A stretch of DNA of 64,000 nucleotides, from NCBI RefSeq assembly GCF_035594765.1, contig NC_085842.1:64766782-64830781 (forward strand). The letters run 5' to 3'. Below the pieces are notes generated by a model. It did not search any database and was not told where the DNA came from. It saw only the letters and a list, made by a program, of their open reading frames with translations. This DNA is from Anolis carolinensis (lineage: Eukaryota). Numbering within the stretch: the first letter of the stretch is position 1; every line of letters begins with the position of its first letter. This document shows positions 1-12,248 of this stretch, piece after piece. Made by a program: the position numbers and the translations under genes.

Positions 1-491
1 CGCTTCTGCCTCAAAAGGACTGGGTTTGGTTCCCCCAAAAGGCCCTGAGGAGGATAGTGAGGCCGGAGTGGAGGGAGAAGTCCTGCTCTTTCCCCAAAGG
101 GGGAGGCGAGGGGGGGGCAGGTAGGTGGGCAGGCAGGATGCCTGGCTGGATGGCCAGGCAAGGAAGAAGCCCCTCCAGCACATGGCTGCCTCAAAGAGAG
201 ACAGGCAGAGACCACACTCACATTGAGGCTTTAACATGGGAAACAAGTAGAATTCTGGGAAATGTATTTTATGTTGGAACCTTTTGAATTCTCTGCCACA
301 GGGGTCCTTGCCTCCCAAACTACATTTCCCAGAATTCTGCTTGCCGCCTTGTGTCTCCTCCTCTTCCCTGAAATTTTGGTGGGGGAAAATTTGTGTAAAT
401 TCTCTAAAGGATTTTGAGATAAAAGGGGATTGTTGGTAGTTGAATTAACCCTGTGAGGTAGACAACTCCAAAGTTTACCTAGTAAGTTTCA

Positions 492-493
<2 letters not shown>

Positions 494-535
<42 letters not shown>
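494..535. repeat. (ATT)n microsatellite
   Basis: Read directly from the sequence. Confidence 0.95.
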
Positions 536-536
<1 letters not shown>

Positions 537-552
537 TGTTTATTATTTCAAA

Positions 553-641
553 GGCTGGATGGGCATCTGTTGGGAATGCTTTGTCTGTGCTTTTCCTGCC
601 TGGCAGAAAGGCGTTGAACTGGAACGCCCCTGGTGTCTTCC
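553..641 (+). mobile_element. CR1 LINE 3'-end fragment
   Basis: GGCTGGATGGGCATCTG..TTCCTGCCTGGCAG..GTTGAACTGGA resembles squamate CR1 3' UTR. Confidence 0.55.
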
Positions 642-1079
642 AGTGAAATAGTACTGTTAAGTTTATCTTGGTTAAAATCCCTAAAATCAGTAGATGTGCA
701 AATCTTTCTGAAACTTGGGGGAAATGATGCCCTGGTTATGTTATATCATTGAAAATAGAAATTCAAGGAGATAGCTCTTGTAGTTTTTTTTTAAAAAAAG
801 ATGTTGTTCATAAAAACTGTTAAAAATTCCTAAAAATCAGTGAATATGCGAAACGTTCTGAAACTTGGGGGGGGGGGCAACAGTGGTAAATATGTTCTAC
901 CATTGTAGCAAGTTTCATCCCATTAGTCCTAATGAGGAAGAAAGGAGCCCCGGAAGCTCCCCCTTGCACAATTACATAATGAAAAAGTGACAAAAATTTT
1001 GTTTTATCGTTATAGTTATGATACGAACCCCTTACGATATTTTAGGAACACTTTAGGAATGATTTGCTGCCCCCTATCT

Positions 1080-1514
1080 TGTCAGCGGGGATGATGGGTA
1101 GCAGAGTGAAATCCAAAAAATTCACCATCCCGGTTCACCTCCTTCTCTCCAGACTGTTTCCCCGTGTGGAAAACAGCACTGGACAAACTCACTCCAGCAG
1201 ACGAAGTCCAACTGTTGATTAAACTTTATTTACATGATCTATATACAAATAGAGTCAATTCAGTCCTTTCCTCCATGAGTGCTTGCCGAAAGCACCCATG
1301 CACACACACACAGCACATTGCTCATCGCTGTTCTCCGTTAGACACAGGAAACTTTACTCCCTCGCATTCCACAGGAACCAAGATAGTAGTCCCAGTCAAA
1401 ACACACTTGACCCCATTGGTCCTGTGATACATCAATCATAGCAGACTCTCATTAACTCCATAATTGCTGTATCCAGATTGATTTTAACATTTCACAATAC
1501 ACAATACCCTGACA
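1080..1514 (-). mobile_element. Solo LTR (~435 bp)
   Basis: TGTCAG...CTGACA termini; perfect 5-bp TSD TATCT (1075-1079, 1515-1519); minus-strand AATAAA near 1225. Confidence 0.8.
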
Positions 1515-3269
1515 TATCTCTCCCCCCCCCCAAATTTAGTAATTGTAATTTACTAAATTGGGGGCAGGGAGAGATAGGTGGCGGCAAATTTAGTAATTTA
1601 GTAATTTTTCATTGTTCTCACAGACCTTTTGAGACATGGCAGTAAAAAAATGGTGTCATTTGCATTAAGTCTGTAGTGAGGATGCAAGGTTGGTTAATCC
1701 ACAGAAGGTTCTTAAGTTCTGGTAACTTATTGGAAAGTTTTCTCAGCTATATTCTTTTGAGAATTGTTCTTCTCAGTACTTGCGTTTTGTTCCTGAACAA
1801 AATATGGACACCACCCATTTCAGATAATTCTATTTTGACAATTTAGGGTGAGCTTTTGTTGTTGTTGGTGAAACAACACAGTGAAAAATTAAGCTGCTTA
1901 TGTTTCCCAACCTTGTCAATTATTTTTAGCATTAAAAGTCAGCAGATGGAGCCAAAGACTTGTAGGAAAAATTACTGCTGTTGAATGTTTGTAATTTAAC
2001 AATATACTTTTCTTTTTGCTAAGTACCAGTGCAACAACTCTTTAAGAGTTGAAAACGAGTGTTATCTCAAAAACCCTTCCAAACAGCCTTAACCCTTACA
2101 ATTGTAGAATTAGTGCAATTGTACCACTGAGTCTGTGGAGGCCCTAGCAAATATGAAAACAATAAAAACGAAGCTAACATTCTTTTTCTCATTTTTTCTT
2201 TCCTCAATGAGTTTAAATTTTAATTCTATTTTTGATAAATCAGTGAGACATAATTTAAAGATTTAAAGTCCCCTGTAGTTTTATAAAACATTCTTCATAA
2301 AGTGTTAGCTAAAAGCTTCTTGGGAACTCTAACATTAGTCATTGTATAATCAGTTCACAATACAGCATTTGACCAATTTTTTTCTAGTTTTTTCTATGGG
2401 CTGTGAAATTGGGGCATTGTATTTCTTTAGAACTTGTACATTTAACTATTGTTAATATAGTTAGATATCAGCTAGTGATTTCTATGTCTCTAACTTTGAT
2501 ATATGAAAAGTGACTGAAACATTATTTATTAGTATGAGTGCCTTACCTCTATCCGTAGTGGATGTGTAAGTAGTAGCAGGTAAAATAATTAGAGAAGCTT
2601 CTTTGAATATTGGACTCTCACAGTTTTTAGGATGAAAAATTATTTGTGTTTTTTTTGGCATGCTTCTCTTTGAATACAAAATATTCAGTAACATAATCAT
2701 CTCTGTAAGGAAAGGCAATGGAATCGAGGAGTGGTTTGTTATACCTGGTGCTTTAAAATTGGGATTTTTAATCCACCTTCTTGAACAACTTGGGAATATA
2801 TAATAATAACTTTTAAATATGGGGATGAAACCTGCATTCTTTAAATGTGGTTCTGTCTACCACTGGACATGGCCATTTCCTCTAAAACAAATCTGATTCA
2901 GGTATATGAAGAGGCCATAGCATTCAAGCAGTCTTACATTGTGTCCTGTGTGTTTTTTGTCTTGGTTTTTCTTGGAAGAACCAGACAGGATGACAATTTC
3001 TTCTAATTCTTCCAATCCTGAAGCCCTCACTTCCTTCCATAAAGCTATTTTGGGGAAGCAGTACCTTGCAATGCTCCTTTTTTATAGCACAGTACTCTCA
3101 TACAACATGCCTTTTTAGAAGCACAACAGGGAATAGAAATTCAGCCTGTGTTATGGGGGGTTACACTCCCCCTGAAGACACAGATTCAGTTTTGGGCAGT
3201 CCTGCACTGAGTTTTGAACCTGGAGGCCCAGATTTTTTACAGTGGCCAGGAGTACTTTTACACATTTAA

Positions 3270-3930
3270 AGCTTGTGTGCCAACTGCACACATTCCTTAA
3301 AACATCAGATCTGGCCACAGTGGTCTTAGTTACATTCTGTTTGGACTACTGTAATGTGCTCTGTGTGGGACTGCCTTTGAACAATATTTAGTATATAGTA
3401 TTAACCAGGATAGGTTACAAGGGCCATACTATCCCTCTGTTTTAACAGCTCCACTGCCTTCCAGTTTGTTTTGAGACACAAATCATAGTGCTGGTCATGA
3501 CCTATAAAGCCCTGTATGGCTGAAGTCTTGACTATATCGGGTTGACCATGTCTCCCTATGTGATCCTGCCTGGGCCCTTCTCTCAGTATCACTACCACCA
3601 TCACAATCATGTTTGGTAAGGACAAAATAGAGGGCCCTTTTGTTGGTTGCCTCAGAATCTTGGAACTCCCTTTTCCCCAGGGAAGTCAGAATGGCCCCCT
3701 CCCTGTTGTCCTTCTGCTGCGAGGCAAAGACTTGCCTGTTCCAGCAGGCTTTTTGAAATGGAAAGGTTTTAAAGAATGGGCTCAGGATGCTGTATCATTT
3801 TAGATTGAATTGTTTTAAAGAGATTTTTTCTATTTAATTTTTACATTTTGATAATTTGATTCTGTTTTAGATTTACTGTTTTCTGAAGTTGTAAGTTGCC
3901 TTGAGTCCTAATTTTTTGGGGAAAGCAGCA
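3270..3930 (+). mobile_element. Degenerate L2 LINE 3' fragment
   Basis: Decayed L2-type C-terminal coding remnant (LDYCNVL..GLP, LHxLP) followed by an AT-rich tail. Confidence 0.65.
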
Positions 3931-3937
3931 TAATTTT

Positions 3938-4570
3938 ATGTAAGTCGTAAGAGGTACATTTTTAAAGTGTAATTCCAGCCAAAAGTATATATTTTTAAGT
4001 TGTGGATAACATAGGGAAGGGTTAACACCCCTGTGGTGTTCGTTTGCTGTCTGTGCCCCTATTCAGATGATTTTACCTCATTTTCTGTCCCTGTAATAAT
4101 TGGATTTTGAAAAAATGGGCTTGTTGTGGAAGGGTCAATAATATAAATAAATAAAACTTTATTTATATACCGCTCTATCTCCTCGAGAGGACTCAGGGCA
4201 GTTTCCAACATGTATGCAAAAACAGTCAATTGTCAAAACAACATACAACAACTTGAAACACAGCAAACATAATACACACATCATAACAAGGCAAAAGAAT
4301 TCAGTTAAATAGACATAGTTACAGTCAGAACATTTCATCGAGGGATCGGGAACCAGTAGTCAGGGCGAGGTTGACATGGTCAATTTTAAGGGGTAGATAA
4401 AACTTACACAGTTGGTGAGAAAGCTTCAGTGGAGACACCTTTTCCCCATGATAACACTTTCAGGAGTATATTTCCCTTCTGAGAGGCAGATCCCTCTCGC
4501 TTCATGTCCCCCCCCCCCCCCCCCCCGTTTATAATTATGAGTCATTTGTTTGTAACTTGGGGACTGTCTG
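3938..4570. mobile_element. Tc1/mariner (Tigger-like) non-autonomous fragment, interrupted by an L2 3' tail (~4135-4410, minus)
   Basis: Ends GTAACTTGGGGACTGTCTG|TA; internal TTTATTTATATACCGC..GACTCAGGGCAG L2-type tail. Confidence 0.55.
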
Positions 4571-4829
4571 TATACTGTATTTATTATAATGTAACCCTAA
4601 ATTTTAGAGGCCACTCTTAATGTTTTCATACAATTGTATAAATTGTGTATTGCTATATCATACTTTGTTTCTGTCATGTGAAACTAGATATTTGAGAAAA
4701 ATTGAATGGCCCCAAATAGCAATGGACAATAACTGGAAATGAATGTGAATTCTATGAACAAAAATATATCATTTTATAAAAAGCCCCCCCCCCTCCAAGA
4801 TCTCTTGGTTATGGGTACATCACTTAAAC

Positions 4830-5214
4830 CAGGGGTCTTCAAACGTTTTAAGAAGGGTGCTGGTTCATGGTCTCTAAGTCTGTTGGAGGGCTGGACTATA
4901 GTTTGAAAAAAAGTGAATGAATTTCTATGCACACTGCACATATTTTATTTGTGGTTCAAGAAATAATGAAAGAACAATATAATATTTAAATTAAGAACAG
5001 TTTAAACCAACATAAACTTACCAGTATTTCAGTGGAAAGTGTCGACCTACTTTTGGCTGGTGAGATAGTCAAATTAATTAGGATTGTTGTTGCTGAGTGC
5101 CTTCAAGTCATTTCAGACTTAGAGTGACCCTGAGTCTAAGTTTAGAGCAGGGGGCAGATAAATTACCTTGGAGGGCCACATCCGGCCCTTGGGCCTTAGT
5201 TTGTAGGATCCCTG
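4830..5214. mobile_element. hAT non-autonomous element
   Basis: CAGGGGTC...GATCCCTG termini; 8-bp TSD ACTTAAAC/ACTTAGAC. Confidence 0.8.
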
Positions 5215-5718
5215 ACTTAGACATTCAGGAGAATTCCATTATTACAACTAGGCCTACTATTGCCAATATGGGTTAGTTTGGGGTTATGTTGTACATGTCT
5301 ATATGGATGTGGTTGTTAATAAAGTTGAAAGATAGCAGTTTTATCCTTCCGATTTGCTACATAGTTTTTTAAAATGGTAATGTTTGAAATGTGGTATTGA
5401 TTATGCATTCTAGTACTAGTGAACTATTGTGTTTCACAGAAGGATAAATTGCTGAAACACATTGGCATGGAATGGCTAAGCTTCAGTTTTCCCAGCCGTG
5501 TAACACAGTTCCTCCCTACCAGGCACTTCTTGCATATTTTGAAATATTTTAAGGTTGATTGTAGCTTCTTTTAGCTTCCTTTGTTTAAATTCCTTTTATT
5601 ACTGGATATTTGCTTTGTGTTTATAGTTATATATGGTAGCTTTATATGTATGTGTGTGTGTGTTAGTGTTTTATTGGTGAATGAAAAACCTCTTTGAAAC
5701 TGTCCTCTGTTCCTGGTA

Positions 5719-6039
5719 CAGTAGAGTCTCACTTATCCAAGCCTCGCTTATCCAAGTTTCTGGATTATCCAAGCCATTTTTGTAGTCGATGTTTACAATA
5801 TATCGTGATATTTTGGTGCTAAATTCGTAAATACAGTAATTACAACATAACATTACTGTGTATTGAACTGCTTTTTCTGTCCAATTTGATGTAAAACATG
5901 ATGTTTGGTGCTTAATTTGTAAAATCATGACCTAATTTGATGTTTAATAGGCTTTTCCTTAATCCCTCCTTATTATCCAAATATTCGCTTATCCAAACTT
6001 CTGCCGGCCCATTTAGCTTGGATAAGTGAGACTCTACAG
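5719..6039. mobile_element. Tc1/mariner MITE (family A)
   Basis: TIR CAGTAGAGTCTCACTTATCCAAG; TA TSD; related copies at 17713, 38280, 48265. Confidence 0.92.
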
Positions 6040-6935
6040 TATCTAGTCTTTTTCTAGAGCCTAAAGGCATTACTCATTGCGTTACAAATGTAAGGGTGTC
6101 TAATGGTCTCTCATTTTCCTAGGACTGCCTCTGATCATCACGGGTTTTGTTGCTCTTCCTTGTACTCAGTGAGCTGTCATACTCTTTATTTTACATAGGT
6201 GAGCTAGCAGGAATGAATAAATCTGAGATATATGGTTCTTTAGAGAATGTATCATGTCTGAAGACACACTTGTCTCTTTCAAACGACCACTTGATGCTAG
6301 ATTGAATAGAGCAGAATGCATATGAACTGGAATGAGTCTTAACAAGGTTCAGGGGCTGCTGGTGTTCCCACAGTTTTCTTCTAGAGATGGGAAGAGAATT
6401 GTTCATTTTCCTTTTCGAAAGACTTTTTCTTTTTTAAAAACAAATCAGGCCATTGATTTGAGGTTTAGTTTCAAAGGCAAATGATGGCTCATTTGCTTCA
6501 AGGCATTGAATCCATTCTGGCTTTTAAGAAAATTACACCAAGGCATCCAAAGTTTACTGCCCCACAAAAAGAAACCACCAGTCAGTTACAGCCGTCTTCA
6601 CACTATAAGCTAAGATGTTGCCCTGTAACTAAAGTTATTGAAAGTTATAAACCATGATTTCTGTTTCTTATGTAACATGCAACACTGTGAAAACATAAAT
6701 AAATCTGTGGAAACATAACTAAAATGCTGAAGCCCTCCAGCCTATGTTAGAGAAGGGGCAGAGAATCTGCATGTGAGTCTCATAGAGGCTTATTCCAGCT
6801 CATTAAGTTTTAAGACATGTGTTTATTAGCATCATTTCTCAAATTACAGCCCCAAGAGTTTCCAGTACAATTATTTTGGAGATGGGCCCCAAAATTTTCT
6901 ATGTTCTTCTATGTTGTTTTCGAAGATTACTTAGA

Positions 6936-7020
6936 ACTATGGAATCATAGAGTCAGAAGAGACCAGAAGGGCCTCCAGTCCAATCTCCTACAGGAATATA
7001 CAATCAAAGCACTTCTGAAA
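6936..7020 (-). mobile_element. CR1 3' tail fragment
   Basis: GAATCATAGAG..CCAGTCCAA terminal motif. Confidence 0.6.
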
Positions 7021-7922
7021 ATCTCATAGAAACTACTAGATGATTTATGTACGTTACAAGGGAAGGCAATTACAATAGGCATTCTCAGGCATGATCATCT
7101 CTTATTTTCCTCTTTTTCCCTCCACAAGTGAACTTGTGGCCTAAGTCTGAGGCATTTTTGGGCTTTTGGGCCCAGGTAAAACTGTAATTCTGCCTCACTT
7201 TGTTAGCTGGTGTCTTAGAATGGAGTTTACATTTACCAAAGTTACAGAAATGTAAATAGAAGAATCTGTTTTTTCCAGATGATAGCTTAAAGGTTTAGAC
7301 ATGTAGGTGATATATTAAAAGATAATAGTTGGGAGCTAAGCATGTAGCATTTAAATGTGGCTGTAGTAACAGCGACAGAATGTAATAAGCAAACTGAACT
7401 GTTTATCTTAGTGAGCAGGATAATTTTAAACTTGGACAGCTTTTCTTCTGCTGTTTAATGAGTATCTATGCATATATATATATATGCATTCTTACATACA
7501 AATAAACCTCAATGCTGTTTCAAGGAAAGCTGTCATAACGGGCCTACTTCAATGAGTCAATAAAGACTTATGCAAACAAGTGGGGATTTTCTAAAACCAC
7601 ACAGTTTGACATTGTTAAGTGAACTTTTATGATCTCAGAGCTATATTGCACGTGGAAGTGAACTTCTCCCAGCAGAGGTGTGGAGGACTAGTTATGCAAA
7701 TTCATAGCAGCTGTCTAGTCATCTTACACATTCATACGCCACATCTGTTCTAAAGAGTTGGGGTCCCCTTGAGAGCAGGTTTGAGCAATACAGTGAATAT
7801 AGGGGGCAGGTCTTATGATATGAATGGAGTTCTGGTCAATCAATATTGGATAGAACCTTGCTAACTGGGTAAGAATTTCATCTTAAATAAGGGAGAAGTG
7901 CCTTATTATTATTATTTTTAAT

Positions 7923-8154
7923 TTTTATTGTATGACACAGCAAACAAGATAGATATCCTGGATTTTGTTTCACCAAATCACAAGTCAAACACTTCCCAAG
8001 TGTCTAGGACTGTGTGATGTATTTTCGGATGATGCGCGCAGATCCCAGTAGGGTGGCCTTTTGCAGTTGGCAGATCGTAATTTTGTCAATGCCTCTTGTT
8101 TCCAAATGCCGGCTGAGATCTTTTGGTACGGCACCCAATGTGCCGATCACCACC
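7923..8154 (-). mobile_element. R4/Dong-type (restriction-like endonuclease) retrotransposon 3' end, inserted in (TAA)n
   Basis: Minus strand reads VVIGTLGAVPKDLSRHLETRGIDKITICQLQKATLLGSARIIRKYITQS*; TTA repeats on both flanks. Confidence 0.8.
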
Positions 8155-8199
8155 TCAATAATTAATTATTATTATTATAATTATATTATTATTATTATT

Positions 8200-8249
8200 G
8201 AGGTTTGGGGTGGGGCACAACACAGTTAAAAACATAATTATAAAACATG

Positions 8250-8300
<51 letters not shown>

Positions 8301-8632
8301 AGTATTTCTGTGAAATAAAAATATTAAAATATACAGAACAAAGGTAAAATACAGTAAACACAGGGCATGAGTCTAAAATTCATAGTTAAAAACTGACTGG
8401 ATTGGCCTGCTGGAAAATATAGGTCTTCAATTGATTCTTAAATTCTGCCAGCTCATTTAGCTGTCAGATCTCTTCTGGAAGGTCTTGGGGCATCTGATGA
8501 AAAGGTCCTCTGGGGTGATGGTCACCAGTCAAATTCTGACTGGTTAGAGTAGAATACCCCTCAGAGAACCTAAGTGTCCAGAGTGGATTGTATGGGGGAA
8601 AGTGATTCTGTAGGTAACCTGGACCAAAACCA
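8200..8632 (-). mobile_element. Old L2 3' fragment containing (GT)n(AT)n
   Basis: Degenerate L2 C-terminus/3' UTR, similar to 28540-29030. Confidence 0.5.
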
Positions 8633-10809
8633 GGTATTTCATTTTAGCCCTATGTGATGCTCTTAGTAGGTTTAGATTTTTGTTTCCTTTCTAGGCCAAT
8701 GGAAACAACATTTCTCCTTGGTCAGGTTGTGCTATATAGTAGACAAGTATATGCTCCCCCAGGTTCCATTTGTATCTTCATTTGGCGTTTCCAAAATTAT
8801 CTCCCTTCTAACTGGCCAGATCTGGCACCAGTTTGCTTCAACCTGTGTCTCAAAACTGAGTTTTTGTATAACCCTCTCAGAGATGCAAAGATGTATGCCT
8901 TCAATGTACAATTGGGACAAAACAACATTTGTTCTCTCTTTCATAACTTGATGATTTTTTCAATTTTAGTAGCCTTGGGGAGAGTGCATCTGTCAAATTG
9001 CAAACAAATATACTTGTTTTGTGTCTCACCTTTAATATTTTTAACTTGTACTGGACCTTTAATTTCCAATAGCTTTTTTGTTGTTTCTAGGCAGAATTAG
9101 AATAGATTTGTAGACTCAGTAACATCTTATGAGAGGATTAGGTTTACCAAAATGCAGATAAATAGATTCAGTGGGGTTTGTGAGAAACTGGACTTTTCAT
9201 TTTGAGGTTACTCAGAAAAAAAGGATGCACGTAATCTTCATTTATGCAGATGGTGCTAAGTAACAGACTGCCAAGTTACAGAAGGATGGGTACAGTACTT
9301 CACTTAGAAAGGAAGTTCCAAAAACTGGAAGATGGTGAGACATTTATTCCTTCCCCAAAATACAGTGATTGGAGAGTCCCTTGTCAAACATGCCCATTGA
9401 CTAGGTCTGTCATTCATTTGACCTCACACATTTCTCTTCCGCTCTCTGTTAGTTTGCGTTTCGTTGCTACTGCTGCTGCTAAACTGACTGCCTTTCCAAA
9501 CCTGAAGTTGAAACAAATTCAGCTTTGTAAGCTTCCAGAAGAAATCTGTTTCCCCTTGGAAAGCACTAGAACTGGTCTGAAAGGGACTGCTACTCCTCAG
9601 ACTGTATCTAAGTGTCACAAATCCATAATATTATACATAATATTATACATACATACATATTATTGGGAAGATAACTTTTTTCTCAATCTATTGGAAGCCA
9701 TTACCAGTTTATTTTCTTGAGGCTCAATACCGGCTTATTTTCTAACTAAAACTTTCATCAGCGTTGATCTTAACCAGTAACTCAACATGCTTTGATTATG
9801 AGACAAAGGGAGAAATGCTATTTAATTGGTCATAGTAGCATTAAAAGTAATAAACCCATCAGAAGAAAAAAATCTTTTGGATTGTCAGGAATGGTTTATT
9901 CACGTTCATGGTATATTAATGCACAATGATAGCTTCATTCGAGTCCTATTATTTTGGCTTGGGTTCAAAACTGAATATTTTGAGAGAAATTTAATTAGCA
10001 ATATGATGAGAAACCCAAATGAAGCTTTTATTTTGAGGTAGAGGGGAAGATGTCTAGAGAGTCTGTCCACTCCCCCATCTTCAATCCTATGAAAGAGGCA
10101 TATAAATAGCCATATACTTCAGCTTTGATATAGATTAGTGCCTTGACTTTACGTCCCCCAGTGCTAGTGCAAGGGAGTTCTGAGTAGTTTGTTTCATCTC
10201 TTTTGAAGAAAAGGTTAAATTTATAAGCCAAGATCAGTCCTTCCCTATAACTCATACAACTCATCCTGTTAAATGTTTTAATATATGGCACCACTGTTTC
10301 ATTAAACAACATCCAGGAATAATTAGTTCAGCAACGATGCCTTGGAACAAAAGCTCTTGATTCAGTTTAACTTTATAAGTTTGCCTCTTTTGATCTGCAA
10401 GAACACATCTGGGGCCTTTAAGAACGTAGTAAGAAAAATATTAAATGTTTATTAAGACTTCTGGTGGGGGTTTTCAAATGACAGTAACCCTTTGGTACCA
10501 GAATGCTACTCAAAGGCTGAAAAGTGGTGAATTTGTTATATTTCATAAACTATCTCTACTGTTTCGTCACCGTTTTATGTTTGTTTATTTGTTTTTGTTA
10601 CGGAATAAATGTTTCATTTTAGCTTATCTGTCACTTCCGTTGGCCGTTTGGATGCCTTTTCTTAGCTTTTTTTTGTCTCCATCTGCCTTTCAATATCTTC
10701 CTTAAAGTGAATGTATTTTTTACAAAGTTGTTATGAATCCAACTATATATTTGTGTGTATTAATAATTGAGTTAATCATGGATTAGTTAGTTAGTTATTA
10801 GTTAGATAT

Positions 10810-11033
10810 TTTTTCCGCACCTTGGCCCAGATCTTTTGATCCAATTCATGATTTTAATATTATTCTGTGTATCGACTTTTTATGACTGTTTTTCTTATGC
10901 TGATGTTTTTATGGTTGCTGATTTGTCTATTGTTTTTGTTTTGATTTTGTACTGTTGCGTTGGGCAAAGTCCCATGTAAGCTGCCCCGAGTCCCTTCGGG
11001 GAGATGGGGCGGGGTATAAGAATAAAGTTGTTG

Positions 11034-11080
<47 letters not shown>
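10810..11080 (+). mobile_element. L2 LINE 3' end with (TTG)/(TTA)n tail
   Basis: TGTAAGCTGCCCCGAGTCCCTTCGGGGAGATGGGGCGGGGTATAAGAATAAA stem-loop terminus followed by the microsatellite tail. Confidence 0.75.
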
Positions 11081-11081
<1 letters not shown>

Positions 11082-11354
11082 GTTTATTTACACCATTAGT
11101 ACATTGTAAAGGCATTACAAAGATGCAGTATCGCTTCTTTTATTTGTTAAGGTATTGGAGAATGAAAATGTACTTTTTCTGTTTATTTTTGCATTCCAGA
11201 ATTTGTAAATGGAAAATTTACAGCCTATTTGGGATTCTGAAATCTCTGGCTGTGCCATTAATGCATATGTACTTTCTTTGGAAAGTAAATATTTTGATTT
11301 GTGTTGTCGAAGGCTTTCTTGGCCGGGATCACAGGGTTGTTGTATGTCTTTCGA

Positions 11355-12248
11355 TGTGATGTCTCATGGGCCATGTAGTCCCGTTCCTAGTACTATTGTG
11401 GCAGATGAAGAGGAAAACTTGGGTTTCCCACCGTTTCAGCCAGAATTGGAGCCCTTGCACCTGCAAGATGTTTGCCCACAAGAAGTCAGCCAAACAAGCC
11501 TTGAGCAGAAATCTCCCCCATTTTCTCGCCGGGATTATTATAATCGAGATAGAGGCGCTAGGGAGGCGAATCGCAGAAGCGCCAGGATTGCTGCCAGACA
11601 ATTAGCTGATTAAGCCTGTTTCCCTTGGGAAATCTTAAGGAGTCATGCATCTGGACACAGTATGGGTTTCGTTTCTTGTTCCCCAGGGAAAGTGTTCCTT
11701 GGCGGGAAAACAAGATCCTATATAGGTGTTTACCCGCAAAGAAATCCTTGCGGAGTCAATTCGTCACCTTGTGGAGTGAGATCGTGTGTGGACTACGCTA
11801 CTCCAGTCCCTTGCCTCCTGGACCAAGTTCCAAGCCTTGTTTCACGGACCTTGTTCTTGCACCAAGCTTTCCTTGTTTCCACGGACCTCGCCACGGACCT
11901 TGTTCTTGTTTCTTGCCTCTTGTTGTCACGTATCAAGCTTTGTTTGCCAAGAATCTAGTTTGCTTCCAGCCTTGTTGTCAAGTTCCATTGGACTAAAGGA
12001 CCCTGTCATTTCTCCACACTTTGCTTGGCAAAGTGTGTGTTTCGGTTATTGGATTATAACTTTGGACTCTAATATCACATATTGGACATTGTTTTCCTGG
12101 ACTATATTTAACCTTTCCTAAAAGGTCTACTTCTGAACTATATTCTTCACTTGTTTTTATTGACTTTATATATTCCTTTAATAAAGATATTAGATAGATT
12201 CTGGTCTCTGCGCATGGTTATTAGTGCTCTGCAGCCTGGGTCCTGACA
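11355..12248 (+). mobile_element. Solo LTR (894 bp) of an LTR retrotransposon (Gypsy/BEL-type)
   Basis: TGTGA...TGACA termini; 5-bp TSD TTCGA; TATA-like CCTATATAGG ~11717; AATAAA 12180; internal short tandem repeats 11820-11940; homologous to 22895-26123. Confidence 0.92.
11359..11613 (+). CDS. LTR-embedded ORF (84 aa; acidic N-half, Arg-rich RRSARIAAR C-terminus), possibly the pol/IN tail or an accessory protein
   Basis: Frame, indel phase and stop position are conserved with the diverged LTR at 22899-23158, with many synonymous differences. Confidence 0.6.
   Translation: MSHGPCSPVPSTIVADEEENLGFPPFQPELEPLHLQDVCPQEVSQTSLEQKSPPFSRRDYYNRDRGAREANRRSARIAARQLAD

Noticed and set aside
57-287. GC-rich start as a promoter or exon
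   Set aside because: Few CpGs, no eEFSec similarity; looks like a repeat mosaic.
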